From an uncultured Acidobacteriota bacterium (GTDB lineage: Bacteria > Acidobacteriota > UBA6911), in contig CAWJKZ010000012.1 of the NCBI GenBank assembly GCA_963843575.1, forward strand, positions 96,001 through 160,000: a stretch of 64,000 nucleotides of DNA. The letters run 5' to 3'. Shown piece after piece: positions 51,380 to 61,600 of this stretch (the first letter of the stretch is position 1; the number at the start of each line of letters is the position of its first letter). The notes under the pieces are model-generated. The model searched no databases. It saw nothing but the letters and a program-made list of their open reading frames with translations, and was not told where the DNA came from. The translations under genes were made by a program, and so were the position numbers.

Positions 51380-53206
51380 ATGTGGAACCTGAAGCGCGCG
51401 TGCAGTTTGCACTTCTGGCGGTTTGCCGGCCTGCTGCTCCTCTGCCGGGCGGCGGCCGGCGCCGAACTGACCGCCCTGCCGGAGACCCTCCGCCCGGACC
51501 CGTTCGGCGGCGTCGTGGCGGCGGACCGGACCGCCGGAGAGCCCGCGACCGATCCCCGCCGCCCCTTTGCCCTGACGGGCGCGCGCGCCGGCTACGTGTC
51601 TTTTCACCTCGTGGTCAAGCTTCCGCAGGGCGGCGACTACCGGATCGGCGTCGCCTTCGACGACAAGAGCGGGAAACTGCAGGCCGACCTGTTCCGCGAG
51701 TGGTTCCACCGGCCCGGTCCCGGCCCCGACTACTACCCCGACGCGCTGATCCCGGTGCCCATCCCTTTCGGGTCGCGGCTGCCCGACCCGGAAAACCGGA
51801 TCGAGAGGCAGACGGCCCAGGCATTCTGGGTCGATGTGTGGATTGCACCGGACGCGCTACCGGGGACCTACCGCGGCCGCGCCCTGCTCGAATCCGGCCG
51901 CGAGCACCGCACCCTGGCACTCGCCCTGACGGTCGTCGCCGCTGCCGTCCCCGCGGGCGACGCGGTCGTCGTGGATCACAATTCCTATGGCAGCGGCTGG
52001 CTCGCCCGCCAGTATCCCGGGACGCGCGTGCCCAGCGACGCGTCGCTCGAGCTCACGCACCTGCACCACCGGATCTTCTACGAGCACCGCGGCATCTACC
52101 ACCAACTCGGTTACGGGCACGGCGGCAAGGTGATCCAAGAGTTCGCCCCGGTGCTGACCGGAGCCGGGCGTCACAAGCGGGTTGCCGACTGGAGCCTGTA
52201 CGACCGGCACTACGGCCCGCTCCTGGACGGGTCCGCGTTCTCCGGCTCGCGCCGCGGTGCGCGCCCGATCCCATTCGTCTACCTCCCCATCAACCCGGAG
52301 TGGCCCGCCTCGTTCCTCTGGTGGGGTGAGCCCGGGTACGAGGCCGAGTTCGCCGCCGTCGTGCGCGACATGGAGCGACATTTCCGCGAGAAGGGCTGGA
52401 CCCGCACGCGCTTCGAAATGTTCTTCAACCACAAGAAACGGTACAAGGCGTTCCCCTGGGACGGCGACGAGACCCGCTTCCCCGAAGACGACGCATACTT
52501 CCGTGAATACGGGCGCATGCTCAAAGCGGCGCTGCCACCGGGCACCGCCGTCCAGTTCGTTTTCCGGACCGATGCGAGCTGGGACATGGAGCGGCAGTTT
52601 AAGGATCTCGCCGGCGTGATCAACATGTGGGTCTGCGGCTCGGGCATGTTTTCGTGGTACCCGCAGGCGGTGCCGTTGCTGAAGGGGCGCGGGGACGTCG
52701 TCTGGATATACGGCGGCCCCCCCGCCATGCAGAAGACCGCGTCGGCCGTGACCGAGTATCCGTTCCGCGCCTGGATGCTGGGCGTCGACGGCTGGGTGCA
52801 CTGGCAGACGGTCGAACCGGGCGACGACCCGTGGTTTCACTCCGACGGCGGCGGGACGGCACTGGTCTACCCCGGGGCCCGTTTCGGCATCAACGGCCCG
52901 CTGGCCAGCGTCCGGTTGAAGATCCAGCGCAACTGCCTGCAGGACCTCGCCCTGCTGGACGCGCAGAAAACGATGCGGCCACCCGGGGAGCTGCGCGCGG
53001 AGGCCGCGCGTCGTTTCAACGGCACGACGCCGGCGCAATGGTGGACCCCGCGTCCCGCGCTGGCCGACACGCCCCCATACGGCTGGAACAACGCCGACAT
53101 CGACGATGCGATCAGACAGGCCGCGGGCGAGCCACCCACCCTGGACGCCTCGGCGTGGCTCAACGTCCGGCGCTTCGTCCTGCAACTGGCGACGGAGGGA
53201 AAATGA
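51380..53206 (+). CDS. Exported hypothetical protein, possibly DUF4091/GH123-like
   Basis: Signal peptide; YPDALIP, FWVDVWIAPDALPGTYRG, LVYPG, SVRLKIQRNCLQD. Confidence 0.7.
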   Translation: MWNLKRACSLHFWRFAGLLLLCRAAAGAELTALPETLRPDPFGGVVAADRTAGEPATDPRRPFALTGARAGYVSFHLVVKLPQGGDYRIGVAFDDKSGKLQADLFREWFHRPGPGPDYYPDALIPVPIPFGSRLPDPENRIERQTAQAFWVDVWIAPDALPGTYRGRALLESGREHRTLALALTVVAAAVPAGDAVVVDHNSYGSGWLARQYPGTRVPSDASLELTHLHHRIFYEHRGIYHQLGYGHGGKVIQEFAPVLTGAGRHKRVADWSLYDRHYGPLLDGSAFSGSRRGARPIPFVYLPINPEWPASFLWWGEPGYEAEFAAVVRDMERHFREKGWTRTRFEMFFNHKKRYKAFPWDGDETRFPEDDAYFREYGRMLKAALPPGTAVQFVFRTDASWDMERQFKDLAGVINMWVCGSGMFSWYPQAVPLLKGRGDVVWIYGGPPAMQKTASAVTEYPFRAWMLGVDGWVHWQTVEPGDDPWFHSDGGGTALVYPGARFGINGPLASVRLKIQRNCLQDLALLDAQKTMRPPGELRAEAARRFNGTTPAQWWTPRPALADTPPYGWNNADIDDAIRQAAGEPPTLDASAWLNVRRFVLQLATEGK

Positions 53207-54069
53207 GCTCTGCAAAGTTCGTCGTGATGGCGTCGGCGCTGCTCCTGTCCGGCCCGTGCTTCGGCCAAGCCCCGGCCCGGTCCCGCGCCAGCGTGGCCAG
53301 GGACCTGGACGAGGTCGCCCGGATCGCCTCGGTAATGATCGACGGCGACCGCTGCGGGCGCATCATGACCGCACGCGCACTCGAGAGCATCGCGCGCGTC
53401 GATCCGAGAGATCCGTGGGCGGCCAGCGACAATTTCGACGTCCACCACGAGCCGTACATCCAGACCAAGAAGACCCTGATCAGGCTGGGCCGGCTGCTGG
53501 ACTACCCATGCGACGTCAACCTCTGGATGCCGCTGCCCGGGGAACGGGGGAAAATCCAGGTGCTGATCCGCAATGCCAACGAGTGGAGCCAGTTCTGGAC
53601 ATGGGGGAAACTGGTCCAGGACCTGCCACCGGAGATGAAACGGGTCCTCGAAGGCGGGGCGCGCGAAACGGTCACGGCCAGGCCGCCGTTCATCTCCGTC
53701 CTCGCTCCCGTCTACGACAGCCTCGGGGACGTCGTCGGGCTGGTAGAGGCCGTCAGCATTGACCCCGCGTCCGCCGCTCCGGAGGTCCACGCCCGCGCCC
53801 CAGTGGGTCCGGGCTTCAGCCCGGAGGCTGTTTGCGGTCGCTATGCAGGGCAGCTGGAACTCTATGGAGCGGATTTAAAGACGTCCGGGCTGAAGCCCGG
53901 ACCCACTTGTTTTACGGGCAGGGCGGGCAGATCAACCGTTGGACAGCCACTTCAGCCCGGACCGAGGATGGGGACGGCGAAGGAACGGGCCAGCACCAGC
54001 GCGATGGCCCCGACCAGGCTGGGGCGCGCGGACAGCGTGGTCGGGACGATCCGGACCGGATCGAGGTAG
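53203..54069 (+). CDS. Exported hypothetical protein (natural-looking sequence to ~53790; 3' end uncertain)
   Basis: ATGA overlap with the upstream gene, GGAGG RBS, signal peptide MSSAKFVVMASALLL; ISVLAPVYDSLGDVVGLVE. Confidence 0.65.
   Translation: MSSAKFVVMASALLLSGPCFGQAPARSRASVARDLDEVARIASVMIDGDRCGRIMTARALESIARVDPRDPWAASDNFDVHHEPYIQTKKTLIRLGRLLDYPCDVNLWMPLPGERGKIQVLIRNANEWSQFWTWGKLVQDLPPEMKRVLEGGARETVTARPPFISVLAPVYDSLGDVVGLVEAVSIDPASAAPEVHARAPVGPGFSPEAVCGRYAGQLELYGADLKTSGLKPGPTCFTGRAGRSTVGQPLQPGPRMGTAKERASTSAMAPTRLGRADSVVGTIRTGSR
53803..53906. repeat. REPIN-like element, family C: perfect 23-bp inverted repeat pair
   Basis: gtgggtccgggcttcagcccgga ... tccgggctgaagcccggacccac; each arm is itself a short hairpin. 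Confidence 0.85.
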
Positions 54070-55164
54070 AAGCGCGACGCAGTCTGCGCCAGCTCGCGCA
54101 GCATCGACCCGATACACCAGGTCCCAGGCCCGGGTGACCGCCCCGCCAAGGACGATCACTTCCGGGTTGAGCGAGTACATCACGGCCAGCAGCCCGCGCC
54201 CGAGATACGCGGCCGTCCGCTGAAGCGCCGCCACGGCCTCCGGCTCGCCTTTCAGGGCCCGCCCGACGATGTCGTCGATGGTTACTCCCGCCGCACGCCT
54301 GCCGCACGCCTCCCGGTAACGCCTGACGGTCGCGGGGTCCGCCGCAAACGCCTCCAGGCACCCGCGCGCGCCGCAGCTGCACAGCGGGCCGTCGGGGTGA
54401 AGCGAGATGTGGCCGAACTCCCCCGCCCCGTGCATGGCACCGTGATAGAGCTGGCCCCGGACGATAATGCCCGCGCCGATCCCCTCGCCCACGTCGATGA
54501 AGACGAGGTCGCGAGGGGGGCGCGGGTGTTTGCCGAACCAGATTTCGGCAAGCGCCGCCAGCCACGACCCGTTGTCGAAATAGAGCGGCACGTCGGCGTC
54601 CAGCGCCTCCCGCAACATCGCCCCGATGGGGACGTCCTCGCCCCAACCCAGCGCCTCGCCCGCCAGGATGCACCCCTGCTCCGGATCCACCAGCCCGATC
54701 AGGCTGACCCCGATGCCCGCGAATGTCTCGTCGGGGAAAGACCGCAGCAGCTTCCTGATCCCCCGCGCGATGCTCTTGGCCGCGTCGCGCGGGTCGGCAT
54801 AGCTTCTCAGTTCCACCGACCGCAGGATCCGCCCCGTGAAGTCGCTGGCCGCCACCGTGCACCCGCTCGGCCGCAGGTCGACCCCGAGCGCCAGCGATTT
54901 CCGCGGGTGGATGTGGAGGAAGCGCCGCTTCCTGCCGCCCTGCGCAGAAGCCTCCGCCACCCCCTCCTCGTAAACGAGCTTCTCCCCCACGAGGCGGGAG
55001 ACAATCCGGGACACCGTCCCCCCTTCGAGACCGGTCAGCTGCGCGATCTCGATCCGGGAAATGGGCTGCTTCTCGCGAATCACATTCAGCACCATGACCC
55101 CGTTGAGGTCGCGCAGGTACCTGTGGTCAGCCGGGCCAAGCTTCGCCAGATCCAGTTTGCGCAC
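53952..55164 (-). CDS. ROK family transcriptional regulator (frameshift near 54110)
   Basis: HTH ISRIEIAQLTGL..TVSRIV, GGRK, GEGIGAG, GEFGHI, CSCGARGCLE; shifted C-terminus ...LVGAIALVL. Confidence 0.9.
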
Positions 55165-55300
55165 CGGGCTATCTCCAGGTTGACGGTTGATCGAATCTAA
55201 CCCCTCACCTTCCGCCAAGTCAACCTTCAAGCGGGATTTGGAAGGGTCGCATCGGCATTGGGCGCCCAGGCGCCGGATATTCCGGCTGTAGGACAAGAAT

Positions 55301-55329
55301 GAAAGCGGCGCCGATGCGCCGCACTCCAG
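55301..55329. repeat. Family B REP-like palindrome
   Basis: gaaagcggcgccgatgcgccgcactccag, one mismatch to the 50026 copy. Confidence 0.75.
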
Positions 55330-55372
55330 ATCTGCGCCACATTGGCCTTGACTTAGGCTCGGCGGCCGTGGA

Positions 55373-55393
55373 TTACTTGCTGTTGGAAACTAA
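55373..55393. promoter_or_regulatory. Candidate ROK operator
   Basis: TTACTT-N9-AACTAA imperfect palindrome, downstream of TTGACT (55348) and upstream of the GH20-like start. Confidence 0.45.
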
Positions 55394-55411
55394 CTCAGCC
55401 CGGGAGGATAT

Positions 55412-57652
55412 GTGCGCACACCAGTCCTCAAGTGCTTTCGCGGTGCGACGGTGGCTCTGGGCTTGTGTCTTCTCCTGACGGCGGCGCGGCCGGGCGAGTA
55501 CGGGCCGACGGAACTGTTTCTGCGGGGGTACACGCTCCTCCCCGCCCCGCAGAGCGTCCGGCTGGAGGCAGCCGACCTGCAGTTCGGCGCGCACTGGACG
55601 CTTCGGTCCGAGGTCCCGCCAAACCACATCGCCGTCCGCAGCCTGGCGCGGGACCTCGCCGAGTTCCACTCCATCGCGCTCAAGACGGCAGGGGCGCGCG
55701 ACGAAAACGTCCTCCGGCTTGCCGTCGCGCCGGGCACGGTCAACGAGCGGGCTGTCGCCCGAAGTCGACGCCCAGGCGTACCGGTTGCGGGTCGCGCCGG
55801 GCAGAATCGAGGTCACGGGCAACACGGACGCGGGCTTGTTCTACGGCGTCCAGTCGCTGCTGCAGCTGCTCAAGAAATCGAGCGGCGGGCTCCTGCCTCC
55901 CGGCGGGCACCATCGAGGACTGGCCGGACGTGCCGCTACGCTTTCTTGCACTGGGACACCAAGCACCACCAGGACCGGATCGACACCCTGAAGCGCTACC
56001 TCGACTGGTCGGCGCGCTTCAAGATCAACCGGATCGGCTTCGAGCTCGAGGACAAGTTCGCCTACCCGTCGCACCCCGTCATCGGGGCCCCGGGCGCCTT
56101 CACGCCCGCCGAACTCCAGGAAATCGTCGACTACGGGCTGGAGCGCTTCATCGAGGTGGTGCCCCAGATCCAGTCTCCCGCCCACATGGCCTACGTCCTG
56201 AAGCATCCCGAGTTCGCGGACCTGAGGGCCGACGGCAACAACTACCAGGCGTGCCTGTGCGACGACCGCACGTACGCGCTGATCTTTTCGATGTACGACG
56301 ACGTGATGAACGCCACCCGGGGCGTCCGCTCCTTCCACGTGTCCACCGACGAGGTCTACTTCGCGGGCATCTGCTCAAAGTGCACGGAGCCCTACACCCC
56401 GGAGAACCGGAGCCTGAAGTGGGTGCAGTTCGCGCAGAGGGCGCACGAGTTCCTCCAGGCCCGCGGCCGCACCATGCTCGCCTGGGTTGAGTACCCGGTA
56501 TTGCCGCAGCACATCAGGCTGCTCCCTCAAGCCCTGATCAACGGGGTCATGCCGGGGGACCGGGAGCAGCTCGACGCCGAGAAGGAGCGCGGCATCCGCG
56601 ACCTGATCTACACGTCGATGGAGGGGGAGGAACCGCTGTTCCCGAATTACCTGCCGCTGGAAGGGGTGCGTGAACCGGCGGAGGGGAGACTCGACGCGAC
56701 GCGACGGGCGTTCGAGTCGGGCAAGCGCGCGGGCAACGCCGTCGGCGTGTACGGGGCGGCCTGGGATGATTCCGGCCTGCACGGCGAGACGTTCTGGCTG
56801 GGCTGGGCGGCGGTCGCAGCCTACGGCTGGAACTCGGCGGCGCCGCCGGTGCGCCAGCAGGCGGTCGAGTTTATGACCGCCTACTACGGCCCGGAAGCCT
56901 CCGGAATGACCGAGCTCTACCTCGGCCTGCAGAAGCAGGCGCGCTTTTTCGAGTCGTCGTGGGACCGCGTGGTGTCGCGGGAACGCGGCCCGGGTTACGG
57001 CAATTCCGAGGGGCCCGGCGTAGGGACGACACGCTACGACAAGACGCTGCCGGCCCCCGCGCTCCCGGCGCTGCCCGGCCTGGATTTCTCCCCCGTGTAC
57101 CAGGGCCGCTACGGCAGCCTCGCGCGCGAGGCGCGGCAGGCCGGCGCGGAGAACGAAACCCTGCAGCGCCGGCTGTACGAAAGCATCGTGCGCGCCGGGC
57201 GGAACCGCTACAACCTCGAGGTCTTCCTCTCGCTCGCATCCCTCACCGCGCACCACAGCCGCCTGGTCTCGGGCATGGCGGACATCGAGGCGCTGCTGCT
57301 GCGGGCGCGCGAGGCGGCGCGCGACGGGGAAGCGGCCGCCGCCCTCGGGCACCTGACCCGCGCCCGCGCCCTCGCGCTCTCCATCGCCTCGGAACGCAAG
57401 TCGATGTTCGCCGACCTGCAACGCGTCTGGGAGAAGAGCCGGTACCCCAAGGGGCGCGAAGTGAACGGCCGCAAGTTCGTCCACGTTCTGGACGACACCA
57501 AGGACCACTGGGCCGACCGGCGCCCTGATCTGACCTACATGACCCAGCCGGAAGAGAGCATCGGGCTCGAGGCTTGGGCCGACCGGCTCGGCACGCTCAT
57601 GCAGTCCTATGCGCAGCAGAACAAGCTTGCCCTCCGCGCACCGGAGGACTGA
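55412..57652 (+). CDS. GH20-like glycoside hydrolase (compensating frameshifts ~55750-55945)
   Basis: LLPAPQ; alternate frame AQAYRLRV..GLFYGVQSLLQ, IEDWPD; FKIN, IEVVPQIQSPAH, FHVSTDEV. Confidence 0.8.
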   Translation: MRTPVLKCFRGATVALGLCLLLTAARPGEYGPTELFLRGYTLLPAPQSVRLEAADLQFGAHWTLRSEVPPNHIAVRSLARDLAEFHSIALKTAGARDENVLRLAVAPGTVNERAVARSRRPGVPVAGRAGQNRGHGQHGRGLVLRRPVAAAAAQEIERRAPASRRAPSRTGRTCRYAFLHWDTKHHQDRIDTLKRYLDWSARFKINRIGFELEDKFAYPSHPVIGAPGAFTPAELQEIVDYGLERFIEVVPQIQSPAHMAYVLKHPEFADLRADGNNYQACLCDDRTYALIFSMYDDVMNATRGVRSFHVSTDEVYFAGICSKCTEPYTPENRSLKWVQFAQRAHEFLQARGRTMLAWVEYPVLPQHIRLLPQALINGVMPGDREQLDAEKERGIRDLIYTSMEGEEPLFPNYLPLEGVREPAEGRLDATRRAFESGKRAGNAVGVYGAAWDDSGLHGETFWLGWAAVAAYGWNSAAPPVRQQAVEFMTAYYGPEASGMTELYLGLQKQARFFESSWDRVVSRERGPGYGNSEGPGVGTTRYDKTLPAPALPALPGLDFSPVYQGRYGSLAREARQAGAENETLQRRLYESIVRAGRNRYNLEVFLSLASLTAHHSRLVSGMADIEALLLRAREAARDGEAAAALGHLTRARALALSIASERKSMFADLQRVWEKSRYPKGREVNGRKFVHVLDDTKDHWADRRPDLTYMTQPEESIGLEAWADRLGTLMQSYAQQNKLALRAPED

Positions 57653-57686
57653 AACGCCTGATTCTTCGGGCTCGGACAGGAGAACC

Positions 57687-59006
57687 ATGCACATCGGGAT
57701 CGAGGGCACCCGGCCGGAGCGGCTCGACGAGCGCGTCGGCGCGAAATTGGAGGCGCTGCGGGCCCGCCTGACCGAAACCGTGGCGGAACTGGTGAAGATT
57801 CCTTCGGAAAACACGCCCCCCGCCGGGGCGGAGCTCGCCTGCCAGCGCTACCTCCGGGACCGCCTGGCGGCCCTGGGATTGGACGCCGAACTCTACGACC
57901 CCGGCCTCGTGCAGGGGATGGCGGAGCACGCCGGCTACCGGCGCGGCCACGACTACGCGGACCGGCCCAACCTGTCTGCCGTCTGGCGCGGAAGCGGCGG
58001 CGGCAAGTCGCTGCTCCTCTCGGGTCACGCTGACACGGTTCCGCGGGGATCGGAACCGTGGCACCACGACCCTTTTGCCGCGACCGTGGAGGGGAACCGG
58101 CTGTACGGGCTCGGCGCCAACGACATGAAGGGGGGCATCGGGGCGATGATCGTCGCGGTCGAGGCCCTCCGGCAGGCCGGGGTCCGGCTGCGCGGCGACC
58201 TCTTTGTCGAAACGATCGTCGACGAGGAGTTCGGCGGGGTCAATGGCACGCTCGCGGGTCGCGTCCGCGGCCCGAACCCCGATGCCGCCATCATCTGCGA
58301 GCCGAGCCACAACGTCATCTGCCCTGCGCAGATGGGTGGCCGCACGGCACACATAACGCTGCGCAGCGGCAGCGCGGGCATCCTCTCGGGCGGCGCCCCG
58401 GAGACGCGCGTCGTCGACCAGCTCGAATACCTGCTCGGCAGAATCCGGGAATTCGCGTCCCAGAGACGCCACGACGCCCCCGCGCACGCGCTCTATCCCT
58501 CGTCGCGCGATCCCGTCCCCGTGTGGGTGACCAAGGTGTCGGCCGGCGGCTGGGGCCCGGGCGAACCCATCACGATCCCCGGCTGCTGCCGTATCGAACT
58601 CTATTGGCAGACCATGCCCGGAGAGGAACAACCGCAGATCGAGCGTGCTTTCTTCTCGTGGCTGGACGCGGCGACTTCGGCGCGCCCCGACCTTTTCCCG
58701 GCACCCCCGGAAGTCCGGTTCCCCATCGAGTGGCTCCCGGGATCCGCGCTGGACCCGCAGCACGAGCTCGTCACGCGCCTGGCCACGACCTTCCAGGACG
58801 CGGCCGGCGTGCCCGCGCAGGTCCGCGGCATCGAGGGTCCCTGCGACATGTTCGTGTTCCACCAGATGTTCGGCGTGCCCGCCGTCCTGTTCGGACCCAA
58901 GGGGGGCAACACACACGCTCCCGACGAGTGGGTCGATCTCGACTCCGTTTTCCTGACCGCTCAAGTCCTCACCCGGTTCGTCTGCTCGTGGTGCGAGGTC
59001 GAGTGA
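57687..59006 (+). CDS. M20/ArgE-DapE family deacylase
   Basis: LSGHADTVP, YGLGANDMKGG, VDEEFGG, ICEP, FGP..NTHAPDE. Confidence 0.9.
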   Translation: MHIGIEGTRPERLDERVGAKLEALRARLTETVAELVKIPSENTPPAGAELACQRYLRDRLAALGLDAELYDPGLVQGMAEHAGYRRGHDYADRPNLSAVWRGSGGGKSLLLSGHADTVPRGSEPWHHDPFAATVEGNRLYGLGANDMKGGIGAMIVAVEALRQAGVRLRGDLFVETIVDEEFGGVNGTLAGRVRGPNPDAAIICEPSHNVICPAQMGGRTAHITLRSGSAGILSGGAPETRVVDQLEYLLGRIREFASQRRHDAPAHALYPSSRDPVPVWVTKVSAGGWGPGEPITIPGCCRIELYWQTMPGEEQPQIERAFFSWLDAATSARPDLFPAPPEVRFPIEWLPGSALDPQHELVTRLATTFQDAAGVPAQVRGIEGPCDMFVFHQMFGVPAVLFGPKGGNTHAPDEWVDLDSVFLTAQVLTRFVCSWCEVE

Positions 59007-59068
59007 GTGCGCACCGTCGCGTGCGGAGGCTCGATCTGGAATTGACCCAGGGTAGTTAAAAAAAACCC

Positions 59069-59132
59069 GCCACGGAGAACACGGAAAGCACGGAAGACAT
59101 ACAATTTTCGTTTTTTCCGTGTCTTCCGTGGC
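59069..59132. repeat. Palindromic intergenic element, family A
   Basis: gccacggagaacacggaaagcacggaag...ttccgtgtcttccgtggc. Confidence 0.75.
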
Positions 59133-59166
59133 AAGTTCTTGTCTTCGGTGAAGCTATGGAGTTCAA

Positions 59167-61533
59167 GTGTCGACCAGAGTCTGCTGCATAGTAGTCGCCG
59201 CCGCCTTGGCAGTAGCCGCAAAAGGCGAGGTGCCCCCGTTGCCGGACGTCTCCCCCCTCCACCCCCGCGTCTACGTGAGGCACGACGCCGCACGGATCGG
59301 CACCGGCCTGACCGTGAGCGGCCTGCGCCGCCGCGCGGCTGCTCCAGGCTACGCGCGCTGGAGAAGGGGTGCGCCGCTCGAGGGCGCGGCCGGCATGGTC
59401 GAGCGCGCCGCGCGCTACCTGGAAAGCAATTCCCCGGACGATCTCGCGGCAGTGCGCAGGTTCCTCCTCTCGCACACCTTTTCCCTCCAGCGGGACGACG
59501 TGGGCGGCCTCCTCGCCGGCGCGAAAATGGCCACGGCCTTCGATTGGGTCCATGACGGTTTGACGGAACCCGAGCGGCGGGCGGCCATGGCGAACATCGT
59601 CGCCACCGCCGATTCGAGCCGCGACTTCATGCTGCACGGCGAGCCGGACGTTAACCACAACTACACCTACATGGCGTTGCGCACCCTCGCCGTCTGCGGC
59701 CTTGTCCTGAAAGGCGAACCTGAGCCGTTCGACACCACGGCGCGCGCCTACCTTTCCCTGGCGCGGTCGTGGATCGAAGACCCAGGCAGGGTGCTGGATA
59801 CGTGGCAGGCCAAAGAAGGTGCCTGGGCCGAAGGGAGCCACTACACGTTTCACGAAACGCTCCGCACCCTGATCATGATGCTGCACGCCTACAGGACGGC
59901 GAGCGGCACGGATTACCTCGCGCTGATCGCCGCCGGCCACGGCAATTTCCTTTCGGGGGCCGGGCGTTACCTCATCGCGTGCACCCGGCCGGATCTGACC
60001 TTCGAGCGGCTCGGCGACGTGCTCCCGAGCCGGGCGCAGGCCGCCCTGACCGTGCCGCTGACGGTCGAGATGCTGGCCGCCGCAGTCCCCGAGCCGGAAG
60101 AGGCCGCCCGCTTCCGCTCCTTTGCCGCGGAACTGGAAGAGGTCTACGGCGACAGAGCGGTCCTGCCGCAGTTTGACTGGGGCATGCGGGTGTTCCATGA
60201 TCCCGGCGCCGAGCGGACGCCGTCCTACCGTACCCTCCCGACGGCGTTGCGCCTGGGGCGTGGCACGGTCGAGCACATCATGCTCCGCAGCGGCTGGGAA
60301 CCGGGCAGTACACTCGTCTCCATCATCGGCGGCGATCACTACACCGACCACCAGCACTTCGACAAAGGCCACTTCCTCGTCTACCACCGGGGAGGCCTTG
60401 CGGTCGACGGCGGGACCTACGACAGCATGTACCGCCCCCGCACGCACTGGACCGATTACGCCTGTCGCACCGTGGCCCACAACGCCCTGCTGATCTTCGA
60501 TCCCCGCCAGGAGCTGCCGCCCGGCTACGGCAACGACGGGGGGCAACTCGTGTTGCGCGGCCTGCAACATCACGCCGACTGGCAGAGCTGGCTCTCGCAC
60601 GCACGGCAAGGAGCGGATGGACACGTCCGACGTGGACGCCTACGAAGCGGGCGAGCGGGCGGGGTACGTTTACGTGCGCTGCGATCTCGGCCGCGCCTAC
60701 GGCGGGAAGGTCGCCTCGTTCGACCGGCAGTTCGTGTACCTTCCCCCACTGGACGCCCTGCTCGTGCTCGACCGCGTGCGCGCCTCCGACGCCGCTTTCC
60801 AGAAACGCTGGCTTCTCCATTTCCAGGAGTGCCCGGAGGTCGACGGCCGTCGACCGGACCCCGGGATCACCCGGTACCCCGGCGGCACCGCAACGCTCGT
60901 GCGGAGCGGCAGACAGTTCTCGCCCGGGGGAAAAGAGTTCGCATTTGACGGCACGCTGAAAATCACGACGCTCCTCCCGGCGCGACGCGTCGTAACGGTC
61001 GTCGGCGGACCCGGGTACGAGTACTACAACACGTTTGAGGGCTGCGAACTACCCGCCCGACATCCCGGAGCGCGCCGCCTGCCCCGCGTGAATCCGGCCG
61101 CTGGCGCATCGAGGTCGCGCCGGAGACGTCGTCGCAGGGGGAGGAGTTTCTGCACCTCCTGCAGATTGGAGAGGCCGGCGGCGCAACGGGGCGCGGCAGC
61201 CTGATCCGGGACTCCGCCGGCAAGGCGGTCGGAGTGCAGGTCTCGGGGCGTTCCGTCGAGACGGTCATCCTGTTCGCAGCCGGCCTGGACGCACCACAAC
61301 AGGCCCTGCCGATCGAGTATCATGTCTCCGCCCCCTCCCGGGTGCGTCACCTCGTCGTGCGGTTGCCGCCCGGCAGGAGGGTCGCGGCCGAAGTCAACGG
61401 GCGCCCCATTTTCGAAGGGTGGGTTTCGGATCAGGGCGTGCTGTCGTTCGAGGATTCCGGCCACGGAGAGCGCACGATCATCTTGAAGCGTCACCCTGGG
61501 GTGGGCGGGGCCGGCCCGATTCCGCCCCGATGA
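59167..61533 (+). CDS. Heparinase II/III-like polysaccharide lyase (frameshifts near 60610 and 61050-61085)
   Basis: Signal peptide, HPR, WAEGSHY, LRSGW, DHQHFDKGHF, VAHNALLI; continues in ORFs 60617.. and 61234.. Confidence 0.75.
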
Positions 61534-61600
61534 GGATCCGGGGACCATGCGGGGCCGCGTCGAGCCGTCGCGGCCCACTACCGTTCATAGGGGTTTCCAC

